Origin: a virus
Lineage: Duplodnaviria; Heunggongvirae; Uroviricota; Caudoviricetes
Length of the DNA stretch: 19,140 nt
Virus record (IMG/VR): IMGVR_UViG_2778261300_000006
Span: 1-19,140 of that record
Direction: 5' to 3' (one strand)
This document shows, in pieces, positions 1-6,527 of this stretch (positions are counted from its first letter, which is position 1; the number at the start of each line of letters is the position of its first letter). Below the pieces are notes generated by a model, which was not told where the DNA came from, searched no databases, and saw only the letters and a list, made by a program, of their open reading frames with translations. A program made the translations under genes and the position numbers.

Positions 1-201
1 TTAGGTAACTTCTTTACCTATTGCAACCGATAGATCTCGCAAAATCCGATAAGTCAAACGACCGCGAGGTAGTTCACTTTTACCAGCCCAGCGACTGACT
101 GCCTGGGTGACTGTTCGTGGTTCATAGCCCGCGTTAAGCGCGAACTGGCGCAAGCTACTGCCTCGTTCAACCAGCCGTGCCCGAACTTGTTGTTTGTTCA
201 T
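1..201 (-). CDS. Ner/Cro-like small HTH DNA-binding regulator
   Basis: 66-aa ORF (ATG at 201; the track's 207 start is GTG). The segment SLRQFALNAGYEPRTVTQAVSRWAGKSE resembles the Mu Ner / Nlp family pattern (SLSALSRQFGYAPTTLANALERHWPKGE) from memory. It is divergent from the plus-strand regulator. The stop codon sits at the window edge (1..3). Confidence 0.55.
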   Translation of the reverse strand: MNKQQVRARLVERGSSLRQFALNAGYEPRTVTQAVSRWAGKSELPRGRLTYRILRDLSVAIGKEVT

Positions 202-289
202 ATGCACCGTGTTCCTGTTAGGTTATGATGTACTCTATTGGGTCTATTGTACACACCCAAATGAGTGTGTCAAATTGAGATATGTTCAA
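202..289. promoter_or_regulatory. Divergent intergenic control region between the Ner-like and XRE-like regulator genes
   Basis: 88-bp AT-rich spacer between two divergently oriented HTH genes. It contains a short inverted repeat, acacac-N9-gtgtgt (about 246..266). Promoters and operators are inferred from geometry only. Confidence 0.3.
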
Positions 290-697
290 ATGAGTACAAA
301 AGAGAGATTGCGTGAAGTGATGGATGCTAATGGCATGACAATAAAGGCATTATCTGACTTATCAAAAATTCCATATCGCTCACTTCAAAACTATTTGCGT
401 GGAGAGAGAGAACCAAACGCAGAGGCTCTTGTTGCGCTAAGTGCCCATTTGGGTGTATCGATCGATTGGCTACTTACCGGTAAAGAACATATTCCATCTA
501 AAGAAATTGTTGCTGTACCAACACAACATCAATTCAGCCCGTCAGACCTTAAAATGCTTGAACTTCTAAACCAGTTAGATCCTGAGGTTCGGCGAGATCT
601 CATGCGAGGCGCTGAAGAAAAACAGCGTGTGATTGAGATGGAAAAACAACTGAAGGAATTATCCGCAACGATTGAGCGGTTAAAAAATGTGGGTTAA
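290..697 (+). CDS. XRE-family HTH transcriptional regulator (repressor-like) with a C-terminal coiled-coil region
   Basis: ATG at 290 (MSTKERLREVMDANGMTIKALSDLSKIPYRSLQNYLRGEREP...) gives a classic XRE/Cro-CI-type helix-turn-helix. The C-terminus is charged and heptad-like (EEKQRVIEMEKQLKELSATIERLK). The track ORF starts at 194, but its N-terminal extension is unlikely to be translated. No S24 peptidase domain is present. Confidence 0.6.
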   Translation: MSTKERLREVMDANGMTIKALSDLSKIPYRSLQNYLRGEREPNAEALVALSAHLGVSIDWLLTGKEHIPSKEIVAVPTQHQFSPSDLKMLELLNQLDPEVRRDLMRGAEEKQRVIEMEKQLKELSATIERLKNVG

Positions 698-767
698 TGT
701 GTTCCTAACGAGAACATATAGCAGAAATTATTTGCCATTAAGCAATAAAAAATAAGGTGGATAGCCA

Positions 768-1775
768 ATGTCTGAGCAGACCATTGAAGTTAAACACGTT
801 GTAGTTCACATTTTAGACAAACAACAAAATGGAGACGCTTCTGAGAGATTGAGTCCTGAAGAAGGTCTAGTTACTGAAGCCTCTCAGCGCCTTATAAACG
901 ATATTTGTGCAAAATATGCAGGACGCACAGGTAAAGGTTATGGCTATTTTGAAGGCGATACGGATAACTATCCTATGGAACGAATGGCTGGGGACTTTCT
1001 CGAAGGTGTTGATGATTTCTACCAAAGTTCCTGCCGAATGATGCATCACCTGACGGAACGTTCTCAGCGAGAAAACATGGCTACTGGTGGTTATGTTCTT
1101 TTTGCAAATATCGTGATAGGACACAATGAACACCTGTTGATAGCTATTGTAAGCGCTACCATTGGGTCCACTGTCACAGATGATTTTAACATCCAAGATA
1201 GTACCTATCTTGATATTGCTAAGCTGCGTATGGCTGGGCGCATTGACTTAACCGCGTGGGAAAGTGGCGCAGAGCGCTATATCAGTTTTCTTAAGGGGCA
1301 AGGTAATGTTTCAAACTATTTTAAACAGTTCCTAGGCTGTAATGATGTCTTAATCGCCAAACGAGAGTCTGAAAAGTTACGTGACGTTTTAAAAGCATTT
1401 GCGGCAGAGAAAGGACTTGACGGCGCTGAAAAAGATGCATTTCTTAAGAGTGCGTTTGAACACTTACATGCACTAAGTAAGGCTGGTGAACCACTTAGTC
1501 TTGAAACCCTTGTTAATGCCATTTGGCCCCAGGCTCCCGAGGAGTTATCTGGTAAACTTGCTGCTGAAGAGTTGGAGTTATCGGATGGCTTCGTTCCTGA
1601 TGGTCGAGTCATTCGGGCTCTGGTATCTTTTAAAGGCAAGTCTAAATATTGGGAACTTAAGTTTGACCGGGAAGGGAAAACTGAAGGCTATATTGATTAT
1701 GATCCGGAAACAAATATTATCACCCTACGTAATGTACCTGAAGAATTTAGGGAAATGTGGATGACTGAGGTTTAA
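768..1775 (+). CDS. NdpA/YejK-like (nucleoid-associated-protein-like) soluble protein; cargo gene A
   Basis: ATG at 768 with RBS AAGGTGG 7 nt upstream. 335 aa. Recalled NdpA-family landmarks: N-terminal I-x-V-K-HVVVHILDK, KGYGYF, and GGYVLFANIV...HLLIAIV. AT-rich relative to the tail genes. This is a recall-based assignment, not a search result. Confidence 0.5.
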   Translation: MSEQTIEVKHVVVHILDKQQNGDASERLSPEEGLVTEASQRLINDICAKYAGRTGKGYGYFEGDTDNYPMERMAGDFLEGVDDFYQSSCRMMHHLTERSQRENMATGGYVLFANIVIGHNEHLLIAIVSATIGSTVTDDFNIQDSTYLDIAKLRMAGRIDLTAWESGAERYISFLKGQGNVSNYFKQFLGCNDVLIAKRESEKLRDVLKAFAAEKGLDGAEKDAFLKSAFEHLHALSKAGEPLSLETLVNAIWPQAPEELSGKLAAEELELSDGFVPDGRVIRALVSFKGKSKYWELKFDREGKTEGYIDYDPETNIITLRNVPEEFREMWMTEV

Positions 1776-1777
1776 TC

Positions 1778-2983
1778 GTGGCGATTTCATTTGAGATGCT
1801 GACAGCTCTGTATCGTCGTATGGAATTCCAAGAGGGGTTTCGTGTCGGTTCGCTGTTGCTCTTAGATCAGTCCGATTGTGATCTGGTTGATACTTTGCTT
1901 GATGATCCTCGTGAATATGGTCTTTCTATTGATACAGGCACTATCGCTCCAGGTAACACGATCATCCTACGTGTGACGTCACCACGGAGTGGACTGGGAC
2001 TTGTGTTTTCCACCCATGAAAAATTGCTAAATGCTCCAAAGCATCAGTGCCTTGAGCCAGCTAATTACTTCATCCTAGAAACAAAATTTCGTAATGATGA
2101 TGAAGATATCCCCGTTTTCATCAGCAACTACCGGAAGATTCTCGAGTTCGTTAACCTGCTAAAAGAGGCCGCGGCCTACTTTGATAACTCAACTTGTCAG
2201 TTAGTTTTTCTGAAAAAAGAAGTTATCAAGCTATTACCGCACTTCGCTGCAGAAAATGTACAAAATTTGCAAAGGGAGTATCTTGATAACCTTATAGCTT
2301 GTTTCAATGATGATACCCATAAGGATCAGAAGCTAGATATTCTGATTGAAAGTATTCAAGCAGTTAGTGATGGAATTGATTCACCTCTAGTATTCGCTTA
2401 TTTACTGGACAATATTCAGCGTCTGCATGAAAAGTTTCTGAAAGGGTATCGTATCTACTCTTCTGGATTCTCTTATGACAAAGTAATGGATCAACTGCGT
2501 GCTGCAAAAGTCGAAGAAATGGGTAAAATCCACAAAGCGTTTTCAGATATCCAGAACCATATACTTGGCATTCCTGTTGCCTCTGTTATCGTAGCTACCC
2601 AATTCAAAGTGGCTACGAAATGGTCAGGCCAAGGGATAACAAACACAATAATTCTTCTGGGATGCATTTTTGCTGCAACGTTAATCTGGCTGGCACTTTC
2701 GAACCAGATGCAATCTATAAAGGCCTTAGGCGAAGAAATTGAATACAAAGAAAAACAGATTAATAAGGAATATTCCTTCATTAAAGATGACGTGGCTGGT
2801 GTATTTAGCAGTATTTCTGCGCGACTAGACACGCAGAAACGTACGTTCTGGATTATACGTGGTGTTCTAGTTATGGGAATTATTACCGCTATCACTGTTT
2901 ATTTTTGGTACACAAAACCAGCCCTTGACTTCATGCAGTACTTGATTCACTGCATGAAGTCTTACTATTCGGTCAAAAGTTGA
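1778..2983 (+). CDS. Membrane protein with a large N-terminal soluble domain and two C-terminal TM helices; cargo gene B
   Basis: GTG at 1778 with GAGG 7 nt upstream, 2 nt after the stop of gene A (operon coupling). Hydrophobic segments ITNTIILLGCIFAATLIWLAL and TFWIIRGVLVMGIITAITVYFWY are separated by a charged helical linker. No recognisable enzymatic motif. Confidence 0.55.
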   Translation: MAISFEMLTALYRRMEFQEGFRVGSLLLLDQSDCDLVDTLLDDPREYGLSIDTGTIAPGNTIILRVTSPRSGLGLVFSTHEKLLNAPKHQCLEPANYFILETKFRNDDEDIPVFISNYRKILEFVNLLKEAAAYFDNSTCQLVFLKKEVIKLLPHFAAENVQNLQREYLDNLIACFNDDTHKDQKLDILIESIQAVSDGIDSPLVFAYLLDNIQRLHEKFLKGYRIYSSGFSYDKVMDQLRAAKVEEMGKIHKAFSDIQNHILGIPVASVIVATQFKVATKWSGQGITNTIILLGCIFAATLIWLALSNQMQSIKALGEEIEYKEKQINKEYSFIKDDVAGVFSSISARLDTQKRTFWIIRGVLVMGIITAITVYFWYTKPALDFMQYLIHCMKSYYSVKS

Positions 2984-3743
2984 GGATAATGAGTTCCTTC
3001 TTGCGACTGGATTTGCCAGTGATCTTGAGGTTGTAGCTGATATCAACCGACTGAATATTTAGACCGTTGAATGCCTGCCGCATTTCCGGGATATCGTTCA
3101 CCGATATAATCATCTTCCCTTTGATCCTGCGTGCTAAATCTGCCATATGATCATAATTTTCTAGTCCGAACTCCACACCATAACCTTCCGTTCCCCAGTA
3201 TGGAGGGTCACAGTAGAACAACGTATGCGGGCGATCATATCGTTCTATGCACTGTTGCCAGTCCATGTGTTCTATGACCGTTCTGGAAAGCCGCAGGTGT
3301 GCCGCTGACAGTTCTTCTTCAATACGCAGCAGGTTGAAGCGTGGCGGGGATATGGTGGAGGTACCAAAGCTGTGCTCCGCCACCTTGCCCCCAAACGCCT
3401 GCTTCTGAAGGTAATAGAACCGTGCTGCACGCTGGATATCCGTCAGTGTTTCTTCCGGGGTGATCTGCAGCCATTTGTAGATCTGCCGGCTGACCAGCGC
3501 CCATTTGAACTGGCGTACAAATTCTTCCAGATGATGTTTTACCACCCGATACAGGTTCACCAGCTCACCGTTGATATCATTAATGACTTCGATCTTGCCG
3601 GGTACCTTAAGAAAATAGAGCGCTGCTGCCCCACAAAACGGCTCCACATAACATTCATGCGCCGGAAACAGCGGCAGGATGTGTTTTGCAAGGCGGCGTT
3701 TGCCACCAATCCATGGAACGATGGGTAATGTCTGCATTTTCAT
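2973..3743 (-). CDS. dam: DNA adenine methyltransferase (Dam-like, D12-class N6-adenine MTase)
   Basis: 256 aa. N-terminal AdoMet-binding motif (EPFCGAAALYF), catalytic DPPY motif (FYCDPPYWG) and WIGGKRRL near the N-terminus. The 3' end overlaps the 3' end of cargo gene B by 11 bp (convergent). Confidence 0.85.
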   Translation of the reverse strand: MKMQTLPIVPWIGGKRRLAKHILPLFPAHECYVEPFCGAAALYFLKVPGKIEVINDINGELVNLYRVVKHHLEEFVRQFKWALVSRQIYKWLQITPEETLTDIQRAARFYYLQKQAFGGKVAEHSFGTSTISPPRFNLLRIEEELSAAHLRLSRTVIEHMDWQQCIERYDRPHTLFYCDPPYWGTEGYGVEFGLENYDHMADLARRIKGKMIISVNDIPEMRQAFNGLNIQSVDISYNLKITGKSSRKKELIILNF

Positions 3744-3990
3744 AATCTGTAAGCCTTTTACAATTATAAAAAATATGGCAGGCTAGTCTGGTCTCGCGAG
3801 ACTGACTGAACCTTGGTCGGCTCACAGCGCATTCCTGTGGGGCGATGGCCAGCCCGGTGTTCGGGTACCGGGCTGGTCGTTCTTTCAAAGCCATCATGCA
3901 GTGCACGTTTACATCTTCACTATTAACGCTGTTTAAAATCCGTATCCCGCCACATTTGTGATGCTGTCTCCACCAAACGAGGAGACACAC

Positions 3991-4341
3991 ATGAAAAACC
4001 TGAAAAAATTCATTCCCCCTGTTAAAAAACCTCGCCTCAGCGGCTGGCTGCTGACCTCAGTGCTGCTGCTGGGCACCATCGCTCTGGTCTCGCCACAGCA
4101 GTTGCCTGTTGTGATCTACAAGCTGGCACTCATCACGCTGGCAGCAGTGCTGGGTTACTGGCTTGACCGTTCGCTCTTCCCCAAAGCCCGTCCCGGTCAG
4201 TACCTGAAACATGACGACAGACTGATGGCTGAAGGGCGTTTCCCTGTGCAGACCGGCCTTCACCTTGTATTTTCTGCTGCGTTAATCCGCCGTGCACTGA
4301 TTGTTGCAGCGGTCTGTCTGGCTGTGGCAACAGGACTGTGA
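3991..4341 (+). CDS. Holin-like small membrane protein (2-3 predicted TM segments)
   Basis: ATG at 3991 with RBS GAGGAG at 3979..3984. 116 aa with hydrophobic stretches WLLTSVLLLGTIALV, VVIYKLALITLAAVLGYWL and ALIRRALIVAAVCLAVATGL. Stop overlaps the start region of the downstream lysis gene. Confidence 0.5.
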   Translation: MKNLKKFIPPVKKPRLSGWLLTSVLLLGTIALVSPQQLPVVIYKLALITLAAVLGYWLDRSLFPKARPGQYLKHDDRLMAEGRFPVQTGLHLVFSAALIRRALIVAAVCLAVATGL

Positions 4342-4343
4342 CC

Positions 4344-4886
4344 ATGAACTGGCCTCAAATCACCCTCATTATTCTGTTCGCCTTTGGTCTGGGCGTAACC
4401 GCCATCAGGCACGGAGAACCACGTAACGATAAATACAGCTTCTGGTGGCAGCTTGCTGGCAACCTGGTGATTGTCTGGCTGCTCTGGTGTGGCGGCTTCT
4501 TCAGTCAGGCCCGCGCAGCGCAGCCTCCGCAGGCTGCGCTGCAGTATCGCGATGATGTGATCCGTAATGCCCGGCTTGAATGGGGACTGTCTGCGCCGGT
4601 GGCCGATTTCGCCGCGCAACTGCATCAGGAAAGCGGCTGGCGACCTGATGCGGTCTCGCCGGCTGGCGCTCAGGGACTGGCGCAGTTCATGCCTGCCACT
4701 GCCGACTGGATAAGCCAGTTGATACCGATGCTGAGCAGTCGTGAGCCGTTTAATCCTGCATGGGCTATCCGGGCGCTGGTCAGCTATGACCGCTGGCTGT
4801 GGCAGCGCGTAAGCGCCGCCAACGACTGCGAGCGTATGGCCATGACACTGTCGGGCTATAACGGTGGTCTACACCCTGCGCCGTAA
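4344..4886 (+). CDS. Signal-anchored lytic transglycosylase (endolysin-like, SLT domain), apparently truncated or frameshifted
   Basis: N-terminal hydrophobic segment (WPQITLIILFAFGLGVTAI) followed by the family-1 SLT signature ...HQESGWRPDAVSPAGAQGLAQFMPATADWI... and YNGG. The ORF stops right after the YNGG motif; see the 4891..5016 feature. Confidence 0.6.
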   Translation: MNWPQITLIILFAFGLGVTAIRHGEPRNDKYSFWWQLAGNLVIVWLLWCGGFFSQARAAQPPQAALQYRDDVIRNARLEWGLSAPVADFAAQLHQESGWRPDAVSPAGAQGLAQFMPATADWISQLIPMLSSREPFNPAWAIRALVSYDRWLWQRVSAANDCERMAMTLSGYNGGLHPAP

Positions 4887-4890
4887 GGGG

Positions 4891-5016
4891 ATGCCTGTTG
4901 CCGACAAGTACGACGGAGCCGGCGGCAAGGTGAAGTACTGCCGTTATACCGATATCTACAAAGTCGCCGTGGTTGGTGGCGATGCCGGGTATCTCATTAC
5001 CGGTATCAGTAAATAA
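4891..5016 (+). pseudogene. +1-frame continuation of the transglycosylase gene (frameshifted 3' portion or separate 41-aa ORF)
   Basis: The +1 frame reads ...YTLRRKGMPVADKYDGAGGKVKYCRYTDIYKVAVVGGDAGYLITGISK and ends at 5016, exactly where the RBS (AAGGAGG) of the next gene begins. The frame switch would lie near the ggtggt run around 4862..4870. Confidence 0.4.
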
Positions 5017-5025
5017 GGAGGCGTT

Positions 5026-5364
5026 ATGGGAACCACTCAGCAGGTCATTCTGATCACAACCGTAACGGCAGGGGCCGCACTGGCACAGCAGCGTTTTGTC
5101 GGGGCAGATAATACCCCCTGTAAAGCCGGTGCCGCAGCGCTCGGGGTTGCCGAAGTGGATGCTGTTACCGGCGACAGCACGCCGGTGAGCGTTCTGGGCA
5201 TTATTGCTGTCGAGGCCGGGGCCGCTGTCAGCCGTGGTGTGGCTGTTCAGTCAGATGCTCAGGCCAGAGCCGTGCCGCAGTCCGGCGACGGTAAATCCTG
5301 TGGTATTGCACTTGATGAAGCCGGGGGTGAAGGCGACGTCATTCGTATCCTGCGCGGGGTGTGA
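5026..5364 (+). CDS. Ala/Gly-rich small structural protein (possibly Mu gp35-like, DUF2190-type)
   Basis: ATG at 5026 with perfect RBS AAGGAGG. 112 aa. Its position immediately upstream of a DUF1320-like gene matches Mu late-operon order. The family call is from memory and weak. Confidence 0.45.
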   Translation: MGTTQQVILITTVTAGAALAQQRFVGADNTPCKAGAAALGVAEVDAVTGDSTPVSVLGIIAVEAGAAVSRGVAVQSDAQARAVPQSGDGKSCGIALDEAGGEGDVIRILRGV

Positions 5365-5365
5365 C

Positions 5366-5812
5366 ATGTACTGCACCCTGGAGGATTTGCTTGCGCAGGT
5401 GCCGGAACGAACGCTGATCGAGCTCACCAGTGAAGAGATGGACTTCGACTCGCCTGCAACAGTGAATACCCGTGTGGTGGACAGCTGTATCCGCTATGCC
5501 GACGAGCTGATTGATGCCCATCTGCGCGGACGCTATATCCTGCCACTGGCAGAGATACCGACTGTTCTGCGGGACATTGCCATCACGCTGGTCCGTTACC
5601 GGCTCTACGCCCGCCGCCCGGAAGGTGACCTCCCGGATACGGTGAAGGATGACCACAAAGAAGCGCTGCGGCAACTCAGGGAGTTACGTGATAACAGGCT
5701 CACGCTGGGGCTGCCGTCCACTCAGAAAGATGTGCCTGAGCCTGGCGAGTTTCGTGTACGCAGCCGCCCGGCCACTTTCGGCGGTCGTGACGGTTTACTG
5801 GAGAAATACTGA
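5366..5812 (+). CDS. Mu gp36-like protein (DUF1320 family; head-tail joining or tail completion)
   Basis: MYCTLEDLL...RYILPLAEIPTVLRDIAITLVRYRLYARRP...HKEALRQLRELRDNRLTLGL matches the recalled DUF1320 pattern (RY.LPL...P.VL..A.D.A.YRLY.RR...YK.A...L..I..G...LG). Start is 2 nt after the upstream stop. Confidence 0.65.
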   Translation: MYCTLEDLLAQVPERTLIELTSEEMDFDSPATVNTRVVDSCIRYADELIDAHLRGRYILPLAEIPTVLRDIAITLVRYRLYARRPEGDLPDTVKDDHKEALRQLRELRDNRLTLGLPSTQKDVPEPGEFRVRSRPATFGGRDGLLEKY

Positions 5813-6276
5813 TGAACGTTCTGCCCGTCCTTGATGCGGTACTGGCCCGGTTACGCGAGAAGCTGCCGCAACTGCAGGTGGAGTACTTCCCGGAGAAACC
5901 GGCTGAATATCGCCTGAACCATCCGGTTGGCGCGTTGCTGCTGAGCTATGCCGGTTCGCGCTTTGACAGGCCGGATGATACCGGTGCGGTGATCCAGTCT
6001 CAGACTATCCAGCTCTGCGTCACGGTGGTCTTCCGCCAGCTCAACGGTAAAAAAGGGGCGATTAATGTCCTGGATGCTGTCCGCCGCATTCTCGGCGGCC
6101 ACACCCCGCCCGGCTGCCGCCGCCGTATCTGGCTGACCCGCGAGGTGTTTATCGGTGAAGTCAGGGGGCTGTGGCAATACGCCCTCGACTTCGCGACTGA
6201 AAGCGTCTTTATCGAAGACAGCGATTTACCGTCCGGCCCGCTGTTAACCGAAGTGAACTATGAGGAAAGCGAGTGA
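5812..6276 (+). CDS. Mu gp37-like virion morphogenesis / tail completion protein (tentative)
   Basis: ATG overlaps the upstream stop (TGATG) and GGAG lies 8 nt upstream. 154 aa. Assignment is by position between the gp36-like gene and the sheath gene in Mu-like order. Confidence 0.45.
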   Translation: MNVLPVLDAVLARLREKLPQLQVEYFPEKPAEYRLNHPVGALLLSYAGSRFDRPDDTGAVIQSQTIQLCVTVVFRQLNGKKGAINVLDAVRRILGGHTPPGCRRRIWLTREVFIGEVRGLWQYALDFATESVFIEDSDLPSGPLLTEVNYEESE

Positions 6277-6527
6277 TGAAAGAATACCGCTATTCCGGCC
6301 CGGCCAGCGGCGTCACGCTGTCGGACGGAACCGAAATCCTGCTCTGGCCGGGGAAGACGGTTTCCCTGCCGGAGGAGCATGAATACGTGAAGGTACTGGT
6401 GGCGCTGAAGCATCTGACGCCGGTACCAGAAGATACTAAACCCGCCGTCACACCGGCTGTGCAGTCACCAAAGCGCAGAAGCAGCAGTGACAGCGAAGTG
6501 AAAACGGAGGACTCCCATGGCAGCTAA
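6276..6527 (+). CDS. Small protein with a disordered, charged C-terminus (Mu gp38-like position)
   Basis: ATG at 6276 overlaps the upstream TGA. 83 aa. The 3' end overlaps the sheath gene start by 11 nt. Confidence 0.4.
   Translation: MKEYRYSGPASGVTLSDGTEILLWPGKTVSLPEEHEYVKVLVALKHLTPVPEDTKPAVTPAVQSPKRRSSSDSEVKTEDSHGS

Noticed and set aside
194-289. N-terminal extension of the XRE regulator ORF (track start at 194)
   Set aside because: The extension (MFICTVFLLGYDVLYW...) overlaps the divergent promoter spacer, is hydrophobic nonsense, and precedes a clean ATG at 290 that begins the HTH domain.
1-697. Toxin-antitoxin pair interpretation of the two small HTH genes
   Set aside because: Both are DNA-binding regulators, divergently arranged around a shared spacer. 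Neither has toxin-like features. Fits an immunity or early-control switch better.
867-1196. 109-aa minus-strand ORF inside cargo gene A (and similar antisense ORFs at 1316..1639 and 2491..2895)
   Set aside because: Fully embedded antisense to longer, better-supported plus-strand genes with RBSs. No start context. Typical shadow ORFs.
5204-5365. Upstream extension of the gp36-like ORF (track start at 5204) overlapping the 5026..5364 gene
   Set aside because: The DUF1320-like sequence begins at the ATG at 5366 (MYCTLEDLL), 2 nt after the upstream stop. The extension is an out-of-frame overlap of the preceding gene.
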